Origin: Candidatus Levyibacteriota bacterium
GTDB lineage: Bacteria > Patescibacteriota > Microgenomatia > Levybacterales > UBA12049
Reading direction: 5' to 3'
Assembly: GCA_963716145.1 (NCBI GenBank)
Contig: OY970292.1
Location: forward strand, 597,171 to 661,170
Length of the DNA: 64,000 nt
Below the pieces are notes generated by a model that searched no databases, was not told the DNA's origin, and saw only the letters and a program-made list of their open reading frames with translations. Positions 1 to 10,521 of the stretch are shown here, in pieces (within the stretch, counting starts at the first letter, position 1; every line of letters begins with the position of its first letter). The position numbers and the translations under genes are program-made.

Positions 1-1179
1 GCCGGCGCAAACCCCATGATCTTTGCAACCAATAATACCGAGCGGATGAGAATTGACTCCGCTGGCAATGTAGGAATCGGGACGACAGCACCAACTCATC
101 CATTACATGTCGTAGGTACCGCGATAAAAACAGAGCGTTTTGGAGGTACTCCCCAATTTATAGCAAGCAGATCAAATGGCACTTCCGCATCTCCTACTAT
201 AGTTTCAAACGCTAGTACTCTCTTTGCCTTAACGGGTCAGGGATATGATGGAGCAAACTACCAAAATGCTGCACAAATTTTATTTGAAGTGGATAACACC
301 CCTGGGATAGGTGACATGCCGGGTCGTATAAGCTTCTTCACCACCCCGGATGGCAGTTCTACTCCTCTAGCAAGAATGAGAATAGACTCTAACGGCAATG
401 TGGGAATCGGCACCACAACCCCAACCAGTTTCAAACTTGAAATAGCCGGTAACATCGGCCCTGAGGCAGATAACACACGGGACTTGGGATCAGCAAGCAG
501 AAGATGGGCAAATATTTACGCAACAAATATCACAGGGGCTGTGACACCAACAGGATTTACTCAAGGATCAGTAGCCTTTGCAGGAAGCGGTGGCACCCTG
601 AGCCAGGACAATGCCAACTTCTTCTGGGATGATACGAATAATCATCTAAATATTGGTACTACCAATACTACTGCGGGGGGCAGCTTAATCTTTGGCGCAT
701 CTGTTGCAAATATTTCGATGGATACGGTGAACGGGGCGGATAACAAACGTCTTCAACTTAGTAGTGGTGGCAATGATGGTTCAGTTACTCGCGGAGCTTA
801 TATAAATCTTTTTGGCAATGAAACGGCTTCTCAGCCAGGCTATTTAAGCCTTTTAGCCGGTGAGGGTGGAGATATCACCTTCTATGCTCAGCCGGTTGGA
901 TCGTTACTAGAACGAGTAAGAATTACAAGCGCGGGCAATGTGGGGATTGGGACCACCTCCCCTGCTGCTGTCTTGCATACTGCCTCAGATACCAATGGCA
1001 GCGTCCTTTTTTCACAAGCAAGCAACGATGCCAGCACTGCAAATGTAATCATCCGGAAATCAAGAGGAACTCATGCCGTGCCGCTTGATGTACAAAGCTC
1101 AGACGCTTTGGCAATTTTTGGCGGGCCGGTTACACTGGCGGCTCTTCCTGCAAGCTGCTCAATTGAAGGTGGAGGTTGA
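1..1179 (+). CDS. Giant repeat surface/tail-fibre-like protein, segment 1 (5'-partial; ORF 16..1179)
   Basis: Repeated module '...ERMRIDS(A/N)GNVGIGTT(A/S)P...' and 'FKLEIAGNIGPEADNTRDLGSASRRWANIY'. Open at the window start. The frame changes near 1120-1180 into the next ORF. Confidence 0.7.
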   Translation, partial: AGANPMIFATNNTERMRIDSAGNVGIGTTAPTHPLHVVGTAIKTERFGGTPQFIASRSNGTSASPTIVSNASTLFALTGQGYDGANYQNAAQILFEVDNTPGIGDMPGRISFFTTPDGSSTPLARMRIDSNGNVGIGTTTPTSFKLEIAGNIGPEADNTRDLGSASRRWANIYATNITGAVTPTGFTQGSVAFAGSGGTLSQDNANFFWDDTNNHLNIGTTNTTAGGSLIFGASVANISMDTVNGADNKRLQLSSGGNDGSVTRGAYINLFGNETASQPGYLSLLAGEGGDITFYAQPVGSLLERVRITSAGNVGIGTTSPAAVLHTASDTNGSVLFSQASNDASTANVIIRKSRGTHAVPLDVQSSDALAIFGGPVTLAALPASCSIEGGG

Positions 1180-4100
1180 CGGCGCATTTACTTCCGGAGT
1201 AAGACCACCGGGAAGAATCACATTCACTACCAGTAACAGCGCAGGCACATTAGCCGAGAAAATGAGAATCGACTCTACCGGCAATGTGGGCATTGGGACC
1301 ACTGCGCCAACGGCCCTGCTTCATCTGTTGACAACCGGTCCCACAGAAGCACGGCAAACAATTGAAAGTACGGGAGTCACAGGTCTGTCCACCTTGCACT
1401 TGCGTGCTGGTACAGATGACGTACAAGTCAGCTTAGATAGAGCAGGAAATTTATTCAGCATCACTAATTTAGCTACCGATCCTATTAATTATTTGTTTAA
1501 TGCAACAACAACCGGAACTGCAGGTAATCAGCTATATCTATCAACATCCGGTAATGTGGGAATCGGGACGACTACCCCAACCTCTTTCAAACTTGAAGTC
1601 GCAGGCAATATCGGACCTGAGGCTGATAATACAAGAGACTTAGGATCAGCTTCCCGCAGATGGGCGAATATTTATGGTACCAACTTTGTCGGAGCCATCA
1701 CCCCTACAGGCTTCACCCAAGGTTCAGTAGCCTTTGCAGGAAGCGGTGGCACCCTGACCCAAGACAATCCCAACTTTTTCTGGGATAATACTAATGATAG
1801 ATTGGGCATCGGTACGACCACTCCCGGTTCTCCGTTGAGCATCGCCAAGACCGGTATTTCCAGTTTGACTGCGCTCAACCTTGCTAATAATCAGGGAGGT
1901 TCAGGTGATACTATATCTATAGCAATGTCCAATGGCGGCGGTACCGGCGGACTTATCGGATACGAGCGCCAGGCAGCGGCATCGGGTGACTTTACTTTCT
2001 ATACCTCAGCAACCTTTGGGGGTGCCCTGGCCGAACGTATGCGCATCACCGCTGCAGGCAACGTGGGGATCGGGACGACGAGCCCAGCCACGGCATTACA
2101 TGTTGTAAATAATGTTAGAATTGAACGCTTTGGCAGTACACCAACACTGCAATTTAAACGGGCGAACGGAATAATTTCCTCGCCAACTGCACTAATTCTT
2201 GGAAATACAATTGCATCCTTTACGGCTCAGGGCTATGGTGATACAGGATATGGCGCGAACGTTACCGGTTCATTGATTTTTAAGGCAGCTGAAAACTTCA
2301 CTGATTCAGCACAGGGCACCTACTTTTATCTGGAAACAACCCCAAGTGGCAGCACTACTCCACTCGAAAGATTTCGCATTACCGACTCTGGCAACGTGGG
2401 TATTGGTACCACCACTCCAACCTCTTTCAAACTCGAAATAGCAGGCAATGTAGGGCCTGAGGCAGATAACACCAGAGATCTAGGAAGTGCTTCAAGACGA
2501 TGGGCTAATATATATGGCACCAACTTTGTCGGAGCTATCACTCCCTCAGGTTTTACCCAGGGTAGTGTTGCTTTTGCAGGAAGCGGAGGAACATTGACCC
2601 AAGACAATGCCAACTTCTTCTTCGATGATACGAATAACAGACTGGGGATTGGGACGACAGGGCCTACACGTGATCTCACTTTTGGAGCAACCAATTCGGG
2701 TATTTCGCTTGATACGGTTGACGGAACAGATAATAAGCGGTTGCAGATTATGGGAGGAGGAGATTCTACCTATCTCCGTGGTGCCTATATTAACTTATTT
2801 GGTAATGAATACGCAGGTAGTGGCGGCAACATGAACCTTGTAACTGGTCAGACTGGTTTCTTTTCAGTCTTAACCGGTACAGGACCTCTAGAGCGGATGC
2901 GTATTCAAACAGATGGCAATGTAGGGATTGGGACGACTGCTCCGAATAGTCTCTTATCTGTAGGAGCAACCAATAATTTTCAGGTCGACTCATCCGGACG
3001 GGTAGGTGTCTTTGGCGCACCAACAACTAGTGCGGGGATTACAATTGCCGGAACCCATCCAGGAAACGCAACCACCCTACAAGGGGCATCCTTTGATCCA
3101 ACCTTCCCGGCAACCACCACAAGCTCTGCAAATATTTTGGACATCCGGGGTGTTACAGCAGCTGCTTCTTTTACCGTAGGTAACTGGAGGGGTATTAATA
3201 TCACTTCACCAGTTATAGGAGCTGGCTCAGCAATCACCACCGCAACCGGCATCTCGGTTGGGGCGATTACAACAGGAACCAACAATGCTGGTGTTGTGAT
3301 TGGTGAAGCAACCGGTACGAATCAAAGCAATTTGGTTATTGGGCAAACTACTATCCCCACAGGAACTTACTCTATTTACAACGCTTCAACAGACCAAAAC
3401 TACTTCGCGGGCAACGTGGGGATCGGCACCACTGCTCCAGATGATCTTTTACACTTGAGTAAAAGTGCTGTAAGCGGTGTATCTACACTACAGTTTTCAG
3501 CAGGTAACACTACTACGGTAGGAAATTTCTCATCCGGAAGAATTGCTTCAGGACACACAACTACAAATTATCTTGGAGCATACCTTGACCTGCAATACCC
3601 AACAGCTGAAGACACGTTCACCACGGGCCTGAGACTTATAAACGGTAATGTAGGCATTGGGACGACGGCGCCAAGTGTGAAATTGCAAGTGGTAGATGCC
3701 GCCGCATTCCCACAAATAATGGTTTCCGATTCAATTGCAGACTCTGTAAATAAAAATGGCTGGATCGGCGTCCCTCATTATCTTAACAGTGAAGAAGCTT
3801 TTGGATTCATTTCAGGACGAGTTACCAGCACGACAAATGTAGTGCGCATTGGCGGCTCTTCCTCTGCATTAAACGCCGCTACTGATATACAATTCTATAC
3901 TGCCGCAAATAATACCACTACTACGGGAAACTTGGTAATGCTTATTAACTCTGCAGGCAACGTGGGGATTGGGACGACTACCCCCGGAGACATTCTCCAT
4001 ATCAAAAAGGATCAGGGAGTATCCACAGCGGCAACAATTGAAAATGCCAACGCAGGTGCCGGAGTAGTCGCGGAATTTATCGCGCGCAATGGTACCGGGA

Positions 4101-6139
4101 TTTCCGATGGTTTGAGAATGGGAGCTACCGGTACAGGCTACACTACCTCGGGTGTATTTCTCCAGGACGGCGCATATATCGACGCGGAGACTGCGCTTTC
4201 AGGAGGGCTTGGGATAGCCACCCGCGCCAATGCTCCGATCATGTTCGCGACAAATGGTCAAACCAATGAACGGATGCGTATAGCCGCAGACGGTAACGTA
4301 GGTATCGGCACGACTTCCCCACTCGCTCTTTTTTCTGTCGGTTCAACGTCTCAATTCCAGGTCTCCTCAGCAGGTCTTGTCACTTATGTTGATGGTACTA
4401 CCAATACAGCAACACATGTTTGTAAGAATTCATCAGGACAACTGGCACCGTGTAATACAACCGGTACAGGTGCAGCATTTGTACAGGGTGGTAATTCATT
4501 TGGCGCTCTTGCAACACTAGGAACTAATGATGCATTTGGGCTTGCTTTTGAGACAAGCGGCACAGAAAAGGTACGGATTGACACAAATGGCAACGTTGGC
4601 ATTGGGACGGCGGGACCATTGGCTAAACTTGATGTTCAGGGAGCACCTTATGGAGGCGGTATATGGTCTAGCACATTAAGATTATTTGACACGACTTCGG
4701 CTACGACTGGTACTGGGGCAGGTATTGACTTGGCCGGTTATACAAATGGAACATCGTCAACAGTAGATTTTGGAGCTGGCATAAAAGCAGCAAAGAGCAA
4801 TAGCACGGCAGATAACTACTCATTTGACCTGGCATTTTGGACGAGAACAAATGGGAGTGTTCCCGCCGAAGCAATGAGAATACTTCATAACGGCAACGTG
4901 GGAATCGGGACGACTGCGCCAGGATACAAGCTGGAAGTCAATGGCACAGGTTTTTATAATGGCAAACTCGCAATAAATAACGCAAGCTTGGGCAGCAATT
5001 CATTGGATGTTTTCACGGCGGCCGCTGGAACAATAGCTGCATTCCAAAGCAATGGGACCTTGTCTAATGGGACGCAACTTATGAGTGTTACTCATAGCAA
5101 CGCGGCTACTGGTACGGTAGAGGGTTTTCGAGCTAGTCTAAATTCTACTGTTAATGGTAACATCAGCGTATATCAGTCTGGCGCTGGAACAGCGAACTTC
5201 AATGCATTAGCTTTGAGCACAGGCGACGCACAGTCAACATATGGTCTGAATGGAGGACAATCATGGGCCGTGGGTCTGGATAATTCGGATAGCGACAGCT
5301 TCAAGATAGCGGGATCCACGGCGCTTGGAACAAGCGACTATTTGACCATTCTAACGGGCGGCAATGTGGGGATTGGGACGACCAGTCCTCTTGCCGGATC
5401 CAAACTCGATGTGAATGGAGATGTGAACTTGAGTGGTTCTAACAGGAGTCTATTCTTCCGCCGGGCAGATGGTACAACCCTCTCTGGGACTATTACTACC
5501 GATGGCGCCTCACAATTTGGGATTAATGCTAACAACAGCAGCTTAAATCTTTTATCACGCGATGGGGTGGCTATTACTCAAACAGCAGCAGTTACCGGTA
5601 GTCCACGGGCTCTTATCCTCACAGGTGCATCCCACACAAGCCTTACTGCTTCTGTTGAAGCGCCGGATGTGTTGCTTAACCTTGCGCGGGTGGTACAATT
5701 TTCAACCGGTGCCTTGGCTACTCAAAGAGCAGTCAGAGTCGATGCCCCAGCCTATGCATTTGTCGGTGCCTCCACCATAACTGACGCCACAACCCTTGCA
5801 ATCTCGGGTGCGCCTATATCCAGCACCAATGCAACAATTAGCAATTCTTCTGCTCTGAGAATATCAGCAGGCGCAGTAGGCTCAGGTACAACAAATGCCT
5901 ATGGTCTGTATGTCGATGCACCAACTGGAGCCACCAATAATTATGCAGCAACATTTGCTACCGGCAACGTGGGCATCGGAACCACAGCGCCAGCTGCTAA
6001 ATTGGGTTTTGCGGCTAGTACCGCATCAACAGACGGGATAGATTTTGGAAATGATATCAAGCTTTATAGAGGGCCGGCGGAGCGCTTTATTTCACAGCAG
6101 GAGGTGCGTCTAATACTTTTAGAAGCGCTTCGTCCGTAG
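1073..6139 (+). CDS. Giant repeat protein, segment 2 (1688 aa; frame-shifted continuation of segment 1)
   Basis: More than 20 copies of the GNVGIGTTxP module. The first ~40 aa and last ~25 aa of the ORF look out of frame, so the true junctions are internal (around 1175 and 6065). Confidence 0.7.
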   Translation: MPCRLMYKAQTLWQFLAGRLHWRLFLQAAQLKVEVDGAFTSGVRPPGRITFTTSNSAGTLAEKMRIDSTGNVGIGTTAPTALLHLLTTGPTEARQTIESTGVTGLSTLHLRAGTDDVQVSLDRAGNLFSITNLATDPINYLFNATTTGTAGNQLYLSTSGNVGIGTTTPTSFKLEVAGNIGPEADNTRDLGSASRRWANIYGTNFVGAITPTGFTQGSVAFAGSGGTLTQDNPNFFWDNTNDRLGIGTTTPGSPLSIAKTGISSLTALNLANNQGGSGDTISIAMSNGGGTGGLIGYERQAAASGDFTFYTSATFGGALAERMRITAAGNVGIGTTSPATALHVVNNVRIERFGSTPTLQFKRANGIISSPTALILGNTIASFTAQGYGDTGYGANVTGSLIFKAAENFTDSAQGTYFYLETTPSGSTTPLERFRITDSGNVGIGTTTPTSFKLEIAGNVGPEADNTRDLGSASRRWANIYGTNFVGAITPSGFTQGSVAFAGSGGTLTQDNANFFFDDTNNRLGIGTTGPTRDLTFGATNSGISLDTVDGTDNKRLQIMGGGDSTYLRGAYINLFGNEYAGSGGNMNLVTGQTGFFSVLTGTGPLERMRIQTDGNVGIGTTAPNSLLSVGATNNFQVDSSGRVGVFGAPTTSAGITIAGTHPGNATTLQGASFDPTFPATTTSSANILDIRGVTAAASFTVGNWRGINITSPVIGAGSAITTATGISVGAITTGTNNAGVVIGEATGTNQSNLVIGQTTIPTGTYSIYNASTDQNYFAGNVGIGTTAPDDLLHLSKSAVSGVSTLQFSAGNTTTVGNFSSGRIASGHTTTNYLGAYLDLQYPTAEDTFTTGLRLINGNVGIGTTAPSVKLQVVDAAAFPQIMVSDSIADSVNKNGWIGVPHYLNSEEAFGFISGRVTSTTNVVRIGGSSSALNAATDIQFYTAANNTTTTGNLVMLINSAGNVGIGTTTPGDILHIKKDQGVSTAATIENANAGAGVVAEFIARNGTGISDGLRMGATGTGYTTSGVFLQDGAYIDAETALSGGLGIATRANAPIMFATNGQTNERMRIAADGNVGIGTTSPLALFSVGSTSQFQVSSAGLVTYVDGTTNTATHVCKNSSGQLAPCNTTGTGAAFVQGGNSFGALATLGTNDAFGLAFETSGTEKVRIDTNGNVGIGTAGPLAKLDVQGAPYGGGIWSSTLRLFDTTSATTGTGAGIDLAGYTNGTSSTVDFGAGIKAAKSNSTADNYSFDLAFWTRTNGSVPAEAMRILHNGNVGIGTTAPGYKLEVNGTGFYNGKLAINNASLGSNSLDVFTAAAGTIAAFQSNGTLSNGTQLMSVTHSNAATGTVEGFRASLNSTVNGNISVYQSGAGTANFNALALSTGDAQSTYGLNGGQSWAVGLDNSDSDSFKIAGSTALGTSDYLTILTGGNVGIGTTSPLAGSKLDVNGDVNLSGSNRSLFFRRADGTTLSGTITTDGASQFGINANNSSLNLLSRDGVAITQTAAVTGSPRALILTGASHTSLTASVEAPDVLLNLARVVQFSTGALATQRAVRVDAPAYAFVGASTITDATTLAISGAPISSTNATISNSSALRISAGAVGSGTTNAYGLYVDAPTGATNNYAATFATGNVGIGTTAPAAKLGFAASTASTDGIDFGNDIKLYRGPAERFISQQEVRLILLEALRP

Positions 6140-7101
6140 GTTGGTTCTTTGATGAAAGCAATAGACGGGGTGGAGTGGGGCTAACAGGTGCCTTGGCCGG
6201 TACAGGTGCCAGTAACGCAACCTTCTCAGTCAGTGGAATTTCAAACCGCAATCTAATTGCCATTCAGGGAGTAGCCGGTCAAACTGCAGACCTTTTTGTG
6301 GTACAAAACAACACTCCAACAACACTATTTGATATCACAGCAGCCGGCAACGTGGGGATTGGCACCACAGGACCAGCTGCACTTCTACATGCGCTCATAA
6401 GTAACAGCGCAAATCCAGTGGCTCTTTTTGAAAGAACTACATCAAGCACCGGGTCATTGGGAATTAATTTCGGTTCCGGTATCTCAAGTTTTGCCAGCGT
6501 TAACGCAATCCGTTTCTCTACTGGCTCAACTGCCGGGACAGGCGGCACAGAACAACTGAGAATTGATACAACCGGCAACGTCGGTATCGGGACGACTGCA
6601 CCGCAGGCCAAACTTCATATTGATCAAGGTAATGTGATAATAGGCGCAGCCTCAGGTGGGACTCAAGATCTTATATTTCGTGAAGACACAACCAATTTAA
6701 TGGGATTTCGCTACCAAGGAGGTCAGTCAGGGAATCCATTAGATATCTATAACTTTCAGACTGCTGCAACACTTGTCAGGATCAAGGAGGATGGCAACGT
6801 TGGCATCGGGACGACTGCTCCCACCTACCGCTTGTCAACTCTCAATAGTGTCTCTACTGCAGGTTCAGCAGTCTCTGCTATCACCAACACCAATACCACA
6901 GACAGTGCCAATACAGTCACTTTGAGGTTAAATACCGGTGTCACATCAACTACTACAAACGCCCGATTCGTAACTTTCTATGCAGGATGCACCACAGAAA
7001 ACTGCGCCGGTACAGCTGTGGGGAACATCTCCATAAACAACGGCAATGTTGCCTACAACACAGGAGAGGGCCGACTTTGCCGAAAGAATGTCGGTTGGTG
7101 A
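6070..7101 (+). CDS. Giant repeat protein, segment 3 (ORF 6175..7101; frame open from 6070)
   Basis: Same GNVGIGTT repeats. Frame 1 is open from 6070 and reads as plausible protein ('GGASNTFRSASSVGWFFDESN'). Confidence 0.6.
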   Translation, partial: RAGGALYFTAGGASNTFRSASSVGWFFDESNRRGGVGLTGALAGTGASNATFSVSGISNRNLIAIQGVAGQTADLFVVQNNTPTTLFDITAAGNVGIGTTGPAALLHALISNSANPVALFERTTSSTGSLGINFGSGISSFASVNAIRFSTGSTAGTGGTEQLRIDTTGNVGIGTTAPQAKLHIDQGNVIIGAASGGTQDLIFREDTTNLMGFRYQGGQSGNPLDIYNFQTAATLVRIKEDGNVGIGTTAPTYRLSTLNSVSTAGSAVSAITNTNTTDSANTVTLRLNTGVTSTTTNARFVTFYAGCTTENCAGTAVGNISINNGNVAYNTGEGRLCRKNVGW

Positions 7102-8389
7102 GTCAACGGAAGCAGGAGATGTGATTGGGGCTGGCTCCTCAGGCAATAGAAAATCACAATCCGGTGACCGGATAATTGGAGTAATTTCAGATAGCGCGGG
7201 CTTTATCGGAAACGATAAGGAAGGACTTGATAAAGCAACTCATCCTGTTGTCGGACTCCTGGGACAGATCCGGACCAAAGTCGCCACAGAATCAGGCACT
7301 ATCAAAAAGGGCGACTTCTTAAGCCTCTCAGCAACTGCCGGTGTTGCTAGGAAGGCAACTTCAGGGGGAGAAGTATTGGGAACAGCTCTAGAAGACTTTC
7401 CTTCGGCAGGCTCAGGACAAGTTGGGGGGGTGGGCAAAATAATGGTGTTGGTCCGCCCGGGCTGGTATATGCCTGATGTTGCTATGACGGATCAGGGACA
7501 GGTGAGCTCAACAAATGAATCTCAAATTGCTGATCTGGGCCTGCCTCTTATTGCTTCTCCCGCAAATAATAATCCTGCCTCCCCTGCCCCAAGCGGGTCG
7601 CTTTCCGATCTGGCAAACCGTGTAACAAAACTTGAAGAACGTGTCACTGCGAGCGGTAGCGCGGCAGTCTCTCCAGACCTGCCTGCCGGCGAGGCAGGGA
7701 TTGCTTCGTCGTCTGCAACTTCTCGCAATGACAATGAGATAGCTGACCTTAATTCTAAATTCTTAACTCTTAATTCTAAGATTGCCTCTCTTGAAGCTGA
7801 TCTAGCTCTATTTGCAAGCGGCTCAGCAGTTCTAAGCCAATCCCCCGCTGCTTCATCAGCTGCAGAACTTGGGCTTGATAAGCTTGATGCAAAAGATGTT
7901 GCTATTACCCGCACTCTCTCAGTTGGCGGAAGAACAACCTTGGGAGATGTTGGAATAACAGGAAAGATGAACATAGGTCTACTCTCAATTGAGGGACTGT
8001 CAGAAAATGGGTTTGCCACAATTAACACAACCTCAGGTCCTCTAAAACTTCAATCAGATTCCGTAAATGGAGTTGATATATTGAATGGAAAAGTAGTGAT
8101 ATCAACCAATGGAGATATTAAGACTCAGGGAGAAATTACTGTTAAGAAAGTAAATGTTGATACAGAAGATGTAGCGGGAGCGTCACTGGGAACAGCCACA
8201 ATAGTGGATGGCGAAACGATAGTTTCAGTTCAGACATCTGCCCTGACCGATAAATCTAAGGTCTTTGTGCAGGCAGTTGATAGTCCGGTAGCAACCGCTG
8301 TTAAGAAAACAGGCGCTGACACATTTGATATCAAAATACCGGCAGCAGTAAATAATGATCTAAGACTCAATTGGTGGATAGTTAATTAA
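7046..8389 (+). CDS. Giant repeat protein, C-terminal segment (coiled-coil plus C-terminal beta-rich domain)
   Basis: Heptad-like 'LSDLANRVTKLEERV...IADLNSKFLTLNSKIASLEADLALF' followed by a C-terminal globular domain. Overlaps segment 3 in another frame. Confidence 0.6.
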   Translation: MLPTTQERADFAERMSVGESTEAGDVIGAGSSGNRKSQSGDRIIGVISDSAGFIGNDKEGLDKATHPVVGLLGQIRTKVATESGTIKKGDFLSLSATAGVARKATSGGEVLGTALEDFPSAGSGQVGGVGKIMVLVRPGWYMPDVAMTDQGQVSSTNESQIADLGLPLIASPANNNPASPAPSGSLSDLANRVTKLEERVTASGSAAVSPDLPAGEAGIASSSATSRNDNEIADLNSKFLTLNSKIASLEADLALFASGSAVLSQSPAASSAAELGLDKLDAKDVAITRTLSVGGRTTLGDVGITGKMNIGLLSIEGLSENGFATINTTSGPLKLQSDSVNGVDILNGKVVISTNGDIKTQGEITVKKVNVDTEDVAGASLGTATIVDGETIVSVQTSALTDKSKVFVQAVDSPVATAVKKTGADTFDIKIPAAVNNDLRLNWWIVN

Positions 8390-8428
8390 TTTGCAATTTA
8401 CAATTTATAATTTTCAATAAATAAATCA

Positions 8429-8806
8429 ATGAAACAAAAAACAAACATATATAATCTTGAGGATAGAACAGCCAAACTTGGAGAAGCAACAATCTTATTC
8501 TGTAAGAGCTTAAAATTGGATACGATTCTTGCTCCTCTAGTAAATCAATTAGTGAGATCAGCAACATCGGTTGGAGCGAATTATATGGAAGCTAACGGCG
8601 CAAGTTCTAGAAAGGATTTTCAAAACAAAATATTTATTTGCAAAAAGGAGTCTCAAGAAACCAAACATTGGTTGAGAATGATAGCCGTACATAGTCCTGA
8701 TAGGAAAGAAGAAATTAGAGTCTTGTGGAGCGAGACGCAGGAGCTAACTCTCATATTTCAAAAAATAAACACTTCTTTAAGAGAAAAATCTTTAAAAATT
8801 GAATAA
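8429..8806 (+). CDS. Four-helix-bundle protein (23S rRNA intervening-sequence protein family)
   Basis: 125 aa. 'SATSVGANYMEANGASSRKDFQNKIFICKKESQETKHWLRM' matches the conserved core of that family. Confidence 0.7.
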   Translation: MKQKTNIYNLEDRTAKLGEATILFCKSLKLDTILAPLVNQLVRSATSVGANYMEANGASSRKDFQNKIFICKKESQETKHWLRMIAVHSPDRKEEIRVLWSETQELTLIFQKINTSLREKSLKIE

Positions 8807-8851
8807 TTGTAAATTCAATGAAAACTGAAAATTAAAAATTGGAAATTAAAT
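8807..8851 (+). promoter_or_regulatory. ATP-operon leader module, short copy ('aattcaatgaaaactgaaaattaaaaatt')
   Basis: Shares its 3' ~30 nt with the copies at 10411, 13445 and 14925. Confidence 0.5.
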
Positions 8852-9643
8852 ATGTTTAGTTTTATGAAAAAGCTTTTTAAAATATTTATTTATACAATAA
8901 TAATTGGGGCAATTTTGCCATTTTTTCTACCGCAAAAAGCGTCGGCTCAAATCTCCTCAATTGGAATTGCAACCTATCTCCCAATAAGTGATAAAAGTGT
9001 CGAAGACGGAGACATAATAGTAACAACAGAAAAAGGATACATTCTCAGCACCATTCCTTATGACTCAAGGATGACTGGGGTAGTCACTACCAATCCTGCT
9101 ATCTCCTTAAAAAATGACCAGAAAAAAGGTTTCCCAGTTATAGGATCAGGTACGGCATATGTAAAGGTTACGGGAACAAACGGCTCTCTTGCAAAAGGAG
9201 ACTTTATCACTTCCTCTCAAGTTCGAGGGACCGGAATGAAAGCCGAGGGAAGCGGATTTGTCTTGGGAAGTGCTCTTGAAAATGCCTCTTTTGCAAAAGA
9301 AGATGATATAAAAATCGTTCAGATTTTTATCAACCCGCACTTTGTACAATCCGGGCTTTCATTTAACAATTCTGTTCTTGATATTTTTAAAATAGGCAAG
9401 CTTGCTGCTTCCGAAAAACCAAGTAAGGCATTGCAGTACATAATTGCTGGCTTAATTACTCTTGTTACTTTCGGTGCAGGCTTAACCATCTTTGCAAAAA
9501 CCGTAAGTACAGGAATTGAGGCGATTGGCCGCAATCCTCTTGCCGGGCGAATGATCCAGCTTTCTATAGTGTTTAATATTTTTCTTATTATTGTGATAGT
9601 TACGGCAGGTACTGCACTTGCTTATCTTGTGATACGATTATAG
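8852..9643 (+). CDS. Secreted/membrane protein with a C-terminal ATP synthase c-subunit-like two-helix hairpin
   Basis: N-terminal signal peptide, ~190-aa soluble domain, then 'GLITLVTFGAGLTIFAKTVSTGIEAIGRNPLAGRMIQLSIVFNIFLIIVIVTAGTALAYLVI'. This follows the c-subunit pattern: Gly-rich helix 1, an 'IEGIARQP'-type loop, helix 2. Helix 2 has no Asp/Glu. The gene sits in the atpE position. Confidence 0.45.
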   Translation: MFSFMKKLFKIFIYTIIIGAILPFFLPQKASAQISSIGIATYLPISDKSVEDGDIIVTTEKGYILSTIPYDSRMTGVVTTNPAISLKNDQKKGFPVIGSGTAYVKVTGTNGSLAKGDFITSSQVRGTGMKAEGSGFVLGSALENASFAKEDDIKIVQIFINPHFVQSGLSFNNSVLDIFKIGKLAASEKPSKALQYIIAGLITLVTFGAGLTIFAKTVSTGIEAIGRNPLAGRMIQLSIVFNIFLIIVIVTAGTALAYLVIRL

Positions 9644-9693
9644 TAGGACAATTTTCAATCAAATTACAATTACAAATTTTTTAAATAAAAATT

Positions 9694-10410
9694 ATGATAA
9701 TAGAATCTGGCTTAATACAAAATTTTCTACTTGCAGCTTCCTTCGCTGCTTTATTTGCAGCAATTACATTTATGTTTATGCGCGTATTTAAAAAAGAGGA
9801 TAAGCCCGACAAAACTGATATAAAACCCACTGAAAAACAAAGCCTTTCAACATATAAAAAAGTGCTTAGCACTGCGCATAAACATGCGAAAACTTTGCTT
9901 TTTGATACAACTGTTGAAGCTGTAAATATAATCGCGGGAACTAAACAAACCAACGAACATATGGAGGAACAGCTGGATAAAGTTCTCCAATCAGTGGCTG
10001 TCAAAGAAATTCACACTCTCAAAACCTCAACAGACTCATATGAAAATGATTACCAAAAGCAGCTACAAACTATCCAGGAACAGATGCATCAACAAACTCA
10101 GGAGGCTATAGAAAACACCAAAAAAAGCTATGAGGAAAAACTCGATAAGTTTACCAATGAACTTCTCAGAAACGGACTATCAACTCAGGAGCTGGTAGAC
10201 AAAAAGACATCAGAGTTACTCTCTGTTGCTGAAAAGGAAGTTGCCGAATATAAAAAAAACCAGCTTGCTAAAATAGATGATGAGGTCAAAAAAATGCTCG
10301 AAAAGGTTTATAGGGATGTTTTGAGAATTAGTATTCCTGAGAATATTCATCAGGATCTTATCATTAAAAGCCTTGAGGAAGCCAAACGGGATGGACTGTT
10401 TAAACTTTAA
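9694..10410 (+). CDS. atpF: ATP synthase F0 subunit b-like protein
   Basis: N-terminal transmembrane helix followed by a long charged coiled-coil region. Position is between the c-like gene and delta. Confidence 0.5.
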   Translation: MIIESGLIQNFLLAASFAALFAAITFMFMRVFKKEDKPDKTDIKPTEKQSLSTYKKVLSTAHKHAKTLLFDTTVEAVNIIAGTKQTNEHMEEQLDKVLQSVAVKEIHTLKTSTDSYENDYQKQLQTIQEQMHQQTQEAIENTKKSYEEKLDKFTNELLRNGLSTQELVDKKTSELLSVAEKEVAEYKKNQLAKIDDEVKKMLEKVYRDVLRISIPENIHQDLIIKSLEEAKRDGLFKL

Positions 10411-10521
10411 CAATTTTCAATTTGAAATTTACAATTTTCAATCAAATTACAATGACACAATTTTAAAATTTAAACATTAAAAATTCAATGAAAATTAAAA
10501 ACTGAAAATTAAAAATTATCT
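10411..10521 (+). repeat. ~105-bp intergenic leader module (full copy A)
   Basis: 'caattttcaatttgaaatttacaattttcaatcaaattacaatgacacaatttt...attcaatgaaaattaaaaactgaaaattaaaaatt' immediately upstream of atpH. About 95% identical to 13445..13550. Confidence 0.8.

Noticed and set aside
258-3285. Minus-strand ORFs inside the giant repeat gene (258..476, 1672..1878, 2326..2694, 2790..3026, 2980..3285 and similar)
   Set aside because: They lie antisense to a strongly repeat-patterned coding frame. Antisense frames of GC-balanced repeats stay open by chance, and none has a start context or motifs of its own.
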